Shown piece by piece: positions 38,495 to 50,312 of a stretch of 64,000 nt of DNA (its first letter is position 1; the number at the start of each line of letters is the position of its first letter). Source of the stretch: Callorhinchus milii. Taxonomy: Eukaryota. The notes under the pieces are model-generated. The model had not been told where the DNA came from and made no database searches. It saw only the letters and a program-made list of their open reading frames with translations. The stretch covers positions 64,978,001 to 65,042,000 of the forward strand of contig NW_024704742.1 of assembly GCF_018977255.1 (NCBI RefSeq), in the 5' to 3' direction. A program made the translations under genes and the position numbers.

Positions 38495-39738
38495 ACCAAC
38501 AGAAGAACTCACAAAGCAGCTGTGTTTTAAGTGAACAATTGCATTGTATTCTCGCTTATTTAAAGTCTGGCCAGCTTGCTTCAGCCTTGTGAGGGACGTG
38601 GCTTTGATCAAGTCTGTCGACCTCTTTAAACTAATGTTACTCTTTTATTCAGTGGCAGAGGTTATAGTAACAAAAAAATTGTGGATCGGGTTTCAGTCTC
38701 GGATAGGGGGAGAGGGGGTGGGGGGGCTTGGAACAAAGCCTTTGTACTTTGTTATGGATTGGAATAAAATGGGAAACGAGTTTTGTAATTGTAATGGGTT
38801 AACTCAAGCTCCTGTGATAGCTTAGTGAGCAAAGGCACGTACCAGGGCTGGGTACTAGGTCACACAGACCAGAAGGTTGGAATCCAGTCTGTGCTGAATC
38901 AGCTCATCTGAGTCTGAGCAATCGAGGCACCAGATGTTCACTCAACACAAAGGGGGTGGGATTCAGCTCAGTCTTCCTGCTCCCAGCTCCTGAGAATTCT
39001 CCTTGTCTAGGCTGACACTCCAGCGCAGTGTTGGGGGACCCCTGCATTGTTGGAGGCGCCGTTCTTCGAGTGAGATGTTAAACCGGGATCCTGTCTGCCT
39101 GTTCAGGTGGATGCTAAAGATCCCATTGGAAAAAAGATGGAAGTGCCTCTCAATCTCCTGGCCACAATAATCACCCACATAAAATTAGTCATTTACATTA
39201 CATCATCACTGTTTATGGGACATGCTGTGCATATATTAACTGCCGCATTCACTTACAAAAGTCACTTCACTTTACAGTAAAGTTGAAGCGCTCCTCATGT
39301 GAAAGGAGCTGTGTCAAATGCAAGGATAACTACAAAAAATGTATCTCTTTGCCTGTGCCTTGAGCCACTTCCCTGCTATTCCCCCCTCCCTCCCCCCTCC
39401 CTTTCCGGATATGCCACTTTGTTCTGTTTACACTTCTCTGTAAACACTTTGAGGGTTTAATACATAAATTGCCCTATTGAAGTGCAAGGGAGGGAGACAG
39501 ACAAGAAGTGAGAGAAAGAGCAGTGCGGGATTGGAAACAGAAAATTTGGGGGTCATCGAAGTTCATGTCCTGAGTTCAAAAACTCCACAATTGCCTTGTG
39601 AAACCAAAATTATTTTGCTTGGGTGGTTCACAACCTCTTCAATTTGTCAAGTCCTGTGAATGTGGATCCATGTACAGTGAAAAGAGTGGACCCCATCCTC
39701 CTAAACAGTGAATCATAGTGCGTCTTTCCTGCCAACAG

Positions 39739-39834
39739 CTAAACGAGATGGATTTTTCCGATGCTGCTACTCTCCAGGCCGCAAACTGCAAACTGGTGGA
39801 AGAAAACCGCGCCCTGAAGGAAAAAGCTATTTAC
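39739..39834 (+). CDS. TNIP2: TNIP2 coding exon 3 (32 codons)
   Basis: Acceptor tctttcctgccaacag. Encodes LNEMDFSDAATLQAANCKLVEENRALKEKAIY. Consensus donor GTGAGT. Joins in frame to VEDLNAKW as in known TNIP2. Confidence 0.92.
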
Positions 39835-41037
39835 GTGAGTAAAATCAAAGCCAGTGTCCATCCCTGCTTGCTAGTAAATGGGTCAGAAGCTGTATATTAA
39901 CTACTGCCTGCATTTTGCTTCTCAAGTAACTTGTTAAATATCTGCGGTATGAAATTATAATAAAATAGTAATAATCCTCGCATTTCATATAGCACCTCGT
40001 CACTTTGTTGAGATGTCTCAAAGTGCTTCACCGTATATATTATAAAGTGGATTGGCTTTATATTTTGTGGGCAAAATTCCACCTACTTTGTAAAATTACA
40101 CAGATTTGGCTGCTCCACATCTTGACATTGACACTTCAACCCTGTAAACATCCTGGAATTTCCAGGGCGATTTCCAAATGTTCCCACATTTTGTAACTGT
40201 TCCTCCCTGATGGCCTCGCATCAGACAAAGGAATTCATAGAGTTGAAGCGGGTTATTTAGTGAAGAGAGAGAAACTAACCTAGGTTCACTCAGTAACAGC
40301 AAGCAAGCAGGGGAAATAAACCCAATGCCCAGGCCAAGGAAAGGAGGGAAATTCATGCTATTTATTTGTTTACTTTTTTTTGGTCAGCCGGGTGTCTGAC
40401 ACACGGGGAAACCCATCGCTATGCTTAAGAGTATCCAAACCAAACTGGGAATTCCATGCATCTCACGTACACATGGAAATCCCAGAGATGGATTGCTGGA
40501 ATGGAATGTGACTCTCTATCTGGAGGGACACATCCTGTTTACCTAATTCCGGAAATCATTTGGGGAAGGTTGGCAAGAGCCAAGGCTTGGGGACCCCAGA
40601 GTGTGTGTTGAGGTAACTGCTGGAGTATAACCAGCTAAAACTGCACAGTTTGCCATTGAGAGCACTGTCTGGCAAGCTTTCCCGCTGCTTGTCCAGCTGG
40701 GACCACCCTGCCCGTTAGGGCTTTGGCTTGCAATGTTAACAGGAGCTGAGTGGGATGATTCCCTGCCCTCAGTAACTGGTCTGCCCTTCCAAGTCCTGCT
40801 GTTGAGCCAGGCTGGCTGTGCTGTCATCAGCAGCGCCCTGGAATATTGTGGACGAACCTGACTCAGGAACCGGACTGTCGAGACACCATAATGGTTGTTC
40901 TGATCAGTAAAGCACTGTACGGCTATTCAGATCGATAGGTTAGGGCTTTGACTTACAGGGTTATCAGGAGCTATGTGGGAGGATTTTCTGCCCCACTAAC
41001 TATTTATCTCAATGCGTGTTATTATTTTTACATATAG

Positions 41038-41340
41038 GTAGAAGATCTGAATGCAAAATGGCAGAGGTACGACAGCAGCAGAGAGGAGTACATTAAAGGA
41101 ATTCACAGTCAGTTGAGAGAGCTGCAGACTAAGGTGGGACAGCAGAAGGGCTTCTCTGCTGTTGCTGCTGCCCCGGATATGCTCCAGCATGAGATCCTCA
41201 GGCTGAACCGGCTGCTGGGGGAGAAGATAAAGGAGTGCAGCCGGCTGGAGGGGCAGAGGGACGGTCTGGAGAAGGAGAAGTCCGATGTGCAGAGAGCCCG
41301 AGAGGTGGATTGGGAGCGAATGCAAATGCTGGAGCACCAG
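41038..41340 (+). CDS. TNIP2: TNIP2 coding exon 4 (101 codons; CEP55-like EABR segment and AHD1-like segment)
   Basis: Branch point CTAAC near 40996, TAG acceptor ending 41037. Encodes VEDLNAKWQRYDSSREEYIKG...HEILRLNRLLGEK...ERMQMLEHQ, which I recognise as TNIP2 motifs. Donor CAG|GTAACT. Confidence 0.96.
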
Positions 41341-42959
41341 GTAACTAACCCCCCCGTTCTGCTTTAGCCAGTGCTCCATCTGTAGACCTCAACATCAATT
41401 AATGGTGTTCAGGTGGACGTTAAAGATCCCAAGGCATGATTTGAAAATAGAAGGGAGTTTCTCCTGGTGTCCTGGCTAACAATCCCTGAATGAAATTGGT
41501 CATTCTCTTCATGACTGTTTGTGGGACATTGCTGTGTGCAATTATGCTGCTATGTTTGCCTACAAAATACAAAGTCACTCCACTTTACAGTAAAACCTGT
41601 GAAGCGCTGGGAGACATCCTTCCGATGTGATAAGACGCTATACCAACTGCAAAGATTATTATTTCATTCATCTGAAAGAGAAACGCATGAGGGGATCTTT
41701 AATATTTGCCTGAACATGCAGGCAGGATCTCGGTTCAATGTTTCATCTGAAGGCTGGCACAATGCAGCTCTCTCCCAGTAGCACACTGAGGCCTTGTCCT
41801 GGTTTGTGAGCTCAAGTGTGTGGCCTCTCAGGCAGTGGCCTTATATATTCTGGTATGAGTTTGGGATAAGGTGGTTCACAGTTTAGGTCAGTGATTCTCA
41901 GGGCTCAGCCAATAAGGGACAACTAGAGAAAATAATAATAAAAATAATCCTTACATAATATATGCCTTTCAAGTCAGCGGACGTTCCAAAGCGCTTCACG
42001 GTATATGCTGTAAAATGCAGTGACTGTGTTTTGGGGTCCAACACTGCAGCAACACTGGAGCACCTGGCAAAATTGTTCATTCACTTCATTGCAATTTGAG
42101 TGCAATTGTGCTGCTGGATTTACAGTAAATCCTTTGAAGCACTTTTGAGATATTGTTCCGATGTGATAAGGCTTTCTTTGTCTTACGTTGGATATCAGCT
42201 TTGCTTCCCACAACGAAACTATCGAGCAGATCCAGCTGAGATGGGCAAATGGGGAGAGCCCCGAGCATAGAAATTTGATGCTTACAGCAGTTCAGGGACA
42301 GGCCATGATACTCGCTGGTTCTAAGTAAAGGTCACCGTGAAATGGGACGCTATCTGCTGTAATCCTATAACCACACATATCAGAGGCCTGAAATTCTCCC
42401 TTTTTTATCAATGAGACGAGTGTTCTTATTTTAGTAAAAAAAAATTGTGGAAAATTCACAAATTCAGTCTTAAATTGGAAGCCGGTCTTCAATTGGAAGC
42501 CGCTACCAGCTGGTGAATTGGCAGATGCCTGAAGACCAATGGACTCTTTGACCATGTTTTCAGTCGTCTTTCCCCTCCCTCCCCCCCCCCCCCCCCGCAT
42601 TGTACTGTACTCCATAGAATTGTAGTCATTTGGCCCATTGAGACTGAAAGATGGTGCACATACAACTGGACTGGCAATTGGCACAGAATCACTCCACAAT
42701 TGTGAAGAGATCATAAACAGTACACAACTTGAAAATGGTCAGTGTGTATTATATGAAATGAAAGAACTAGATATTTTACACAGACACATGTAATACATTA
42801 GCTCAAGACAATTATTACTTGTTAGCAATGGGACCTGATAACAATAACTAGACTGCTATGCAAATGTAATTTTGTTGTTGTTTCTACATTTTCCAAGTAT
42901 TATTATTTGTCCAGAAAATCTCATTCACTGAACTAAGCAGAGTGTGTGATTGGTTGCAG

Positions 42960-43079
42960 GTCATGGTCTACACAGATGACTTTAGATCAGAACGTGCAGA
43001 TCGGGAGCGAGCGCAGAGCCGCATTCAGGAGCTGGAGGAAGAGCTGGCAAACCTGAAGCAGCAACTGCTGAGGAAACAG
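42960..43079 (+). CDS. TNIP2: TNIP2 coding exon 5 (40 codons; UBAN ubiquitin-binding domain)
   Basis: Not in the ORF track. Hand translation gives [40 protein letters not shown], containing the UBAN DFxxER motif. Acceptor ttgcag, donor CAG|GTGAGA. Confidence 0.97.
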
Positions 43080-43096
43080 GTGAGAGAGACGCACAA

Positions 43097-43435
43097 AATC
43101 CTGTAGTGTAATGGTTAGAGCACTCGCCTTGCAAGCGAGAGGACCTGGGTTTGATTCCTCAGGCACCTTAGGCAAGTTTCCTCAATCCACACTCTTCTGG
43201 TTACATAGCAGTAAGTAGGAACCTGGTTATTAGTTTATTGCAGATCACTTTTAATCCCTTCAAAACATTTTTTTTTAAAAATAATAATAATTTGGCCACG
43301 ACTGTGCGCAATTGGCTCCTGCGTTTTGCCCACAAAATACAATTGACTTTACAACATATTTTCTGAAGCGTTTTGAGACGTCTCAATGACGTGAAAAGGC
43401 GCTGTTTCAAACACAAGGATTATTATTCTTATTAT
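43097..43435 (+). mobile_element. tRNA-derived SINE (long subfamily) just inside TNIP2 intron 5
   Basis: tcctgtagtgtaatggttagagcactcgccttgcaagcgaga...caaggattatt. Confidence 0.88.
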
Positions 43436-43732
43436 TCTAAAGTGGAGGGAAGGCCAGGGGAGAGGTGCAAACAGGGGCAAGGAGCTCGGGAGACAAGCAC
43501 AGGAAGGGTGGGAGCTCGGAAGAGAAGTGCCAGCAGCAGAGGTGGGAGCTTGGGGCTCAGGGACAGGCACACAGTTGGTGGCATGCTTACCTGAGAGTAA
43601 GAAAGTGGGGGGTTTTCACTATTTCAACTGCATTGCTTGAGCTTTGTCAGTGCATTCATGCTCTGTGTGCAGCTGTGCTGGCTGATATACTGCAGAGGGC
43701 AGGAATTTAATGGTGCTCTCATCGTTTTGCAG

Positions 43733-44017
43733 GAGACCAGAAACTCAGCCGTCCATCACCAGGCTCCGCTTGGCCACATGAACATGTATTTCGTGGAGCC
43801 GGATGGGGCAGAACAATTGCTGGGCAACGTGGCCAACCAGTCTGCATCCAACCGATCGAGTGAGCCCCCAGACCCGGCCCGCAGAACGGGGGCCAGCCGC
43901 GGCCCCGAGCTGGAGGCCAGGCTCCAGGGGTCTCTGCAGTGTCCCAAGTGCCTGAGGGTCTTCAATGACGAGATCTCTGAGGAGTGCCTGAAGCACATCG
44001 CAGATTGCTGCCAGTGA
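43733..44017 (+). CDS. TNIP2: TNIP2 last coding exon (94 codons plus TGA; C-terminal CCHC zinc finger)
   Basis: Acceptor ctctcatcgttttgcag. Ends LQCPKCLRVFNDEISEECLKHIADCCQ*, matching the TNIP2 C-terminal zinc finger. Confidence 0.96.
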   Translation, partial: ETRNSAVHHQAPLGHMNMYFVEPDGAEQLLGNVANQSASNRSSEPPDPARRTGASRGPELEARLQGSLQCPKCLRVFNDEISEECLKHIADCCQ

Positions 44018-46235
44018 CTGTGACCTGAGAATGGGCTGACTCACAGGAGACAATGAACAGACAATGAACCTGATCCACCCTTCGCTCCCGATTCACACGC
44101 GACTTCCCGACCCAGGGTTAAAATAAGCCACTCGCCTCGTCCTGAAACAAAGTGGCTTTGGAAAAGTGACACTGCTTTATGTTAAGCTGCCGAGACATCG
44201 CACGGACACAGCGTGCCTTGTGGTTACTGCAAGCTGGGACGTGGGTTAATCCCCCCCACAACCACCCCTCCCCCAACAAAAAAACAAAGAATGCTAACAA
44301 AGAACCCAGACATAAGAGGCCCCCAACGAGAGCCAACCTGAATCTTTTGATCTGTCGTCGCCATAATGAAACGAGAATGCAGAGGAATAGCCAAGAAATG
44401 GCCAGGCTTGGAGCTTCACCACCTGCCTGGACACTGTACACCAGCTCCTCAGGGTATCAGGGCATCACTGCCCAGAGAACCAGTCTGAAAGCACTGATGG
44501 AAAATGCTGGTCTTCCACAGGGAGAAGACAAGAGGGAGGAAAGGGGAGCAGAGAGAGGGTTTGGAGAATGCAAAGGGAAATGGAGGGAGAAGTGAGAAGA
44601 GGAAAAAGAGAGATTGCGAGGATGAGGAAATGGGAAGAGACAAACATTGGGCAAGAGACAGAAACGAGGAAAAAGAGGAGAAAAACAGAAAAGGAAATAA
44701 CATGCAACGTTAGGAGCCGGCACGCTGGAAGTTGGAAAATGATTGTTTAAATGGAAGTGATAGGGTTTGTTCCTCAGGGCTAGAAAACAGTGGGTGAGAG
44801 CAGCTGAGGTGCCTGTGGAAAGTGAGGCACATGATTTGGACTCCGCCAAGTTGAGGGAACTCTACATTCAATACCAATTCTGACCAATGGTGCGATGAGC
44901 GCAGAATTCCCCTGTGGTTTGTCCTCAGTGCCCTGGAGTGAATTGGGGTGAAAGGGGATGGGAAAAGGGATGTCAGGTTTCATTTTTAATAGCTGCAACA
45001 TTAACCCCAGCTGGAACTGGAGGGTATGACCGTGTAAACGTGGCATAGTACACTGCCAAGCAGGCCTTGAGGAGATTTCGGTCCAAATATTCAAGGGTTA
45101 TTGCTATAGGAGATTACCCTGACCGATTTCAATGGTTACACCATAAACCAGTGAATGCAGCAACCATGTACTGCACGTGGGCATGCGTGGTGTGTGTCTG
45201 TGTGTGTGTATGTGCATGTATGGAGGTACACCTGCACCTGTCCCAATATTCTATTGTAACTCTAATGGTGGTGTTTTGTTTCAGTTATTTATTCAGTGGA
45301 GCTATTTAAATGGGTATTTTTGACACCAGCAGGCTTTGTGTGGAGCTGACGGCCTGGTTTTCTCTTGACACTGAAGTGGGGCCTTTTTATACGAAAAACA
45401 TGTTGTGCAGAGATTGAATCCCCGCTTAAAATGAAATCTGTCCTGAAAAACTGGATATCATCCAATTTTTGTGATCATTGAAACCTTGATTTTCAAAGTC
45501 AAGGACAAATTAGTCTCTGCAAGTGTCTGCGCATATCTGTTCAGTAGCTGGAACACACTATCCCTCAACTCCCACCCTCCACTCCTTATTTCCCTCCACT
45601 TGGTTCCTCCATTTCCTCCCCCAATCCCATCCTCATTCCAAAGATTTGAAATCCAGTCACAGGGAGCAGTTTGCTGGTGTTAATATAACGCCAGACTCCA
45701 GTGGAAGGAGGTGGAAAGCTGAAAGGTTTTTGCACCTGACACAAGGCAGCACCCGATGCTACTATCTCAGAGAACAGCAGCTGTTATATTTATTTAAAAG
45801 CAACAATAAATACTTTATAAGACTACTGCAGGGAGGAATGGTACTACAGACTTGATGTGTTTACAGACTTGCATTTGACTCCAGGAAGTGTCACATTTCT
45901 GACTTATTGTCAGCATCTGCTTGAAACACAAAATGTTTTTGTTTGCACTTGTTTCTATCCTTGATGCTGCGACTTAGAAGAAATGCCTGTTTTGTGACCG
46001 TTCTGTCTTGCACAACTTATCCATTACTGTCTGACGTTGGCAGTTTTATTTTAACTTTTGTTAATTTGGTCCCAGTTTTTATTGGTTTTGTATTTTTCTG
46101 GCAGTTGTTCTTTGTAAATTGAATTTTCCACTGAATTTTTTTCAATTCTGGGAGTATTTATATTTATATATAAAGTAATTAAAGTATTTTGTGTTTAAAT
46201 TATTTTTATAATAAAATCAAACAGAATCTTCATTT
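44018..46235 (+). other. TNIP2: Probable TNIP2 3' UTR with poly(A) signals
   Basis: About 2.2 kb lacking the common SINE/LINE copies, becoming AU/U-rich distally. AATAAA at 45805-45810 and 46210-46215, followed by a GU-rich stretch. Confidence 0.65.
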
Positions 46236-47976
46236 AAATGATCTATTTTGTGTTATTGAAATGCCACACATCACAAAGACACTCGTGTTTGTGAAAGTAT
46301 TTCTCATGCAAATCCCCATTCCTGGCCTGTTGTGCTCTCATAAAGGGCATGTGGATCATAACACTGTAAAGCTCTTTCTGTGTTTATAACAAGCTCATTA
46401 TAATCCACTTTAATATAGATTACACATCATCATTAGGGAAAAGCTAGCCTGTTTCATGACAGTTTAAACCCAGCTCACATTCCCTATTAATGGGTAAGCA
46501 ATCGAGCGCCTGGCAAGTTCTGCTTCACACCGATAAGAAGACCACAACATTGAACAAAACACAACATCAAAACGCCACAAAAGCTTGGCTGCCACATCCC
46601 TCTGGTAACCTTTCTGACACGCTCTGCTTAAAATCCCAAAAGCCAAAAGGACTGTGCACCAGAATAGGCACAGAGTGAGTATTGGTGGTGTTTCCGCACT
46701 GAAATCAAGGGGAGAATCTGGGAAAAAATCTGTAAGTTTCATACTCCAAGTCATTTTGCACAGTGACCTGAGATTGTTTATAATAATAATAATCCTTGCA
46801 TTTGATCCAGTTCCTTGGGACTCTACACTGTGAGGGGCGCTACATAAATGAGTATCACGTCATTGAGGTGTCTCAAAGCGTTTTACAGAAAATACTGTAA
46901 AGTGAATTGACTATACTGCACACAGTTGTGTCCCACAAACAGTGGTAGATTCAGTGACCAAATTATTATTTATTTTTTTGAAGGGATTATTACCCCCGGA
47001 AAGCAATCCACCAATCAACTAACAACCGGGTTCCTACTTATTGCTAGGTAAACAGAGGCGTGTGGAATAAGGAAACCCCATCCAGAAATCAAACCCGGGT
47101 CCTCTCGTTTGTGAGGTGAGTGCTCTAACCAATTCACTACAAGACTCTTCTAAATAATATATTGGCAAAAATAATTAGCAATTAATAAAATAAATAATAG
47201 ATAATAGAAACAAAAGACCAAGGCCCTGAGTGACCCAGTGTATGGTAGCATTTGCTGAACCAATTGTTTTTCCAACATGAACATGAAGACGCCTTTTCTA
47301 GTTTGTGGAAGAATAGTAATAGTAATAATCTTTACATTTAATACAGTGCCCATAAATATTGGGAGGAAGTGCAAAAGCCCTTCACAGGATTGACTGTAAA
47401 ATGTAGTGAATCTGTGTTCTGTGGTTTTAACACAGCTCTCAATTTGCACACAGCAATTTCCCATAAATGAGCATTAAGTGAATGACTGATTTTATCTGGG
47501 GGATTGTTGGTCAGGACACTGGGAGAAAGTCCCTTCTTTGTTTGAATAGTGAGGTGGATTTGTGGTAAAAAGAGGAAGTGGCTGCAAGGAGGGAGGGCTC
47601 CGGCCTAGAGTGACCGGTTGCTGAACACCTTGAAGGTTCAGCTTCACCGTAGACAAGTCTATTAGCATGAGGTCCTGGACTAAGCAATTGGGCGCTAAGT
47701 GAATTTGGTAGGTGGGATAGCCCTCAAGAACAATAAGATGGCTGGCACATCATAAGCTGTCCTGTTAAGGCGTTCTCAGTATGCTCAAGGCAGATGTCTG
47801 TCCTTTCTGAATGTCTTCTTCACACAAAACGTGTCATTCTCACACTTTCAGTCTGCTTGCTCAGCTCTGTCATTTTACAGTTAGCATTTCTGCAAGTGGT
47901 GGGCTAAACAGGTATCATTTTATTCTGCCAATACATTAGGTGAAACACAGCATTAATAATCACAATGCTTGCATTG

Positions 47977-48212
47977 ATGTGATATATTATTGTGTGTGTC
48001 CAATAAGTGTTGAGAAAGCCACTAGCTGGTGCTTATTATGTGACCTTATCACGTCATTGAGATGTCTCAAAGTGCTTCACAGAATACACTGTAAAGTGAA
48101 TTGACTGTATTTTGTGTACGAAACACCGCAGCCAATGTGTCTGAATAATTATATAAGCACCAGCTAGTGGCTTTCTCAACACTTATTGGACACACACAAT
48201 AATATATCACAT
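47977..48212. repeat. Perfect 60-bp inverted repeat with a 116-bp spacer
   Basis: 47977-48036 is the exact reverse complement of 48153-48212. Confidence 0.95.
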
Positions 48213-48454
48213 TTACATTGAACCCTTCATCCTCAAAATACTTTCTACAGCTGTTCGTTCTCAATATCTTGTATAATCAGCCACCTACACTCTGTACCAT
48301 ACACCAATGTTGCCCTTTACATTCGTGCAATACGTGCTTTGCGCTACTGATGGCAGATCACAGGATTTTTTTATCAGTTTGGCTCAGCTGGTACGCTCTC
48401 ACCTCTGAGTCAGAGGATTGGAAGTCCACAATACGAATTGAACTCAGTCTATAC

Positions 48455-48630
48455 CAGGGTAGTCCAACCTTTTGGCTGCTGAAGGCCGGATGCCCTAATT
48501 GAGAAATGCCCTTGGGCCGCATAAGCAAGATTTGGGGTTTCCCTTCCAGAAACATAACATTTTACAGGTTATGGAGGGAGTGGGTGGGCCAGGTGAAATT
48601 GGCCCGTGGGCTGCCAGTTGGACCACCCTG
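48455..48630. mobile_element. hAT/Charlie-type MITE inserted in a DeuSINE
   Basis: TIRs CAGGGTAGTCCAAC and GTTGGACCACCCTG (13/14 match), subterminal GGGCC/GGCCC motifs. Candidate 8-bp TSD is degraded (gtctatac / gggaagac). Confidence 0.8.
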
Positions 48631-49944
48631 GGGAAGACTGACTGGGGAAAGTGCTGCCTTTCAGATGTAATGTCTTGTCTGAAAAATCTCAGGTGGGTGT
48701 TTAAGTTCCCATTTGGCTGTGTGAAAAGTGAAAGGAGTTTCTTCAATTGTCTTGGCCAAAAATCCTCCAGCTGAATTGGTCATCCACCGCACGACTGGGA
48801 CTTTTTGCCTACAAATATTGTCACTAGTCATTACACGTGAAGCATTTTGAGATGTTTCGACATGATGAGAAGCCTGAAAATACAAGTTCTTTCTTTTCAG
48901 AGAATGAAGGTAATAGAACAGGGTTTCCCCCACCTACTGTGCCCAAGTGAATGGGTATTTTTTTTAAAACCAGACCTCATGCCTACTCCCCTTACTTACC
49001 AAAGGAACCCACTTAAACATCCTCTCTTATTCAAAGACCTCCTACTTGAAAACTGTTGGAAATAAGTCATGGCCTTGTGGTGCAAACTATTAGTGCTGCC
49101 CCCTCCTTTTTTCTAGGTCAGTAAAATATTCTTTGCTACCTAATATAGACCAAAAGGTTCAGAGAACCAAAATCCTTTGGCCCATTTGATCTTATCCTTA
49201 CAGGATATCCACCTTATAATAATTTTTACCGTTGATATAGAAGCCTTCACATCAGGAGGATGTCTTAAAGAGCTTCACAGGATATACTGTAAAATGTAGT
49301 GACTGTATGTTTAAGTGAATGCCCAAGGATCCACTTATCACAGCAACCCATGGTACTATTCAAAAAGAGAAGGGCGTTTCTCCCGTTGTCCTGGCCAACA
49401 ATCCCCCAGAATAAATTGGTCACTCACTTAATAGCTTTTTGTTTAATGATTTCATCGCAATTGGCTGCCGCATTTCACCCACAAAATACACAATCATTCC
49501 ACTTTACGGTATATCCTGTGAAGCTTTGAGACATCTTAAAAATGTGATAAGGCCCTATATCAAATGCAAGGATTATTATTAGAATTGTGGAATGTTGCTG
49601 GACTTTGGCCTGATCCCTGCTGCCTCAGTCCCCGATGTGTCACATGTCAGGGGTGGTTTAGTAGCTGTGAGATTCATATCCAATGCCGTATAAACATAGC
49701 AGGAGCCAGTCTCACTGATTTTGCTCCCATGAAAGTAAAAGCAAAGGAGCATTTTTAACACAAAAAAAACACTCAATCCACAACTGTTTGCTGTGTGCAA
49801 TTGGCTGCTACGTTTCACCTTATATATTATATTAAACATATATATTATATATTATAACATACAGTCAATCCACTTTACATTATATTCTGTGAAGCACTTG
49901 ACAAGAAATGTCTCAATGATGTGATAAGGCACTGTATCAAATGC

Positions 49945-50312
49945 AACAACAAGAACATAATTACATTTGTATAGCGCCTTTCACGTCAGAAAGGCGTCCC
50001 AAGGCTCTGGACAGACAGAGTTTCCGACCCGAGCTGGGGGTCGCGTTCGAGGAAGGTGGAGGGCAGGGGGGAGGAAGCAGGGAGATCGAAAGCACGATTG
50101 AAGAGGAGGCTCTTGAGATTGGCCTTGAAGGTGGCTAAGGAGGGGGCGAGACAGAGCGACTGCGGGATGGAGTTCCAGATGATGGGGGCAAAGTGGCAGA
50201 AGGCCTGCCCGCCGATAGTGGGGCGAGCGAGGTGGGGGACATGAAGCAGACCGCAGCCCACTGAGCGGAGGGAGCGAGCAGGATGGTAGGAGGAGCAAGA
50301 CCATGGAAGGCT
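49945..50312 (-). mobile_element. L2 3' fragment inserted into a SINE tail
   Basis: RPTIGGQAFCHFAPIIWNSIP..TFKANLKSLLF. Flanks read tatcaaatgcaa...caaggattattat. Confidence 0.88.

Noticed and set aside
44118..44849. Several overlapping ORFs of 60-138 aa
   Set aside because: They lie in the TNIP2 3' UTR and stay open because of a purine-rich low-complexity tract; no recognisable domain or splice structure.
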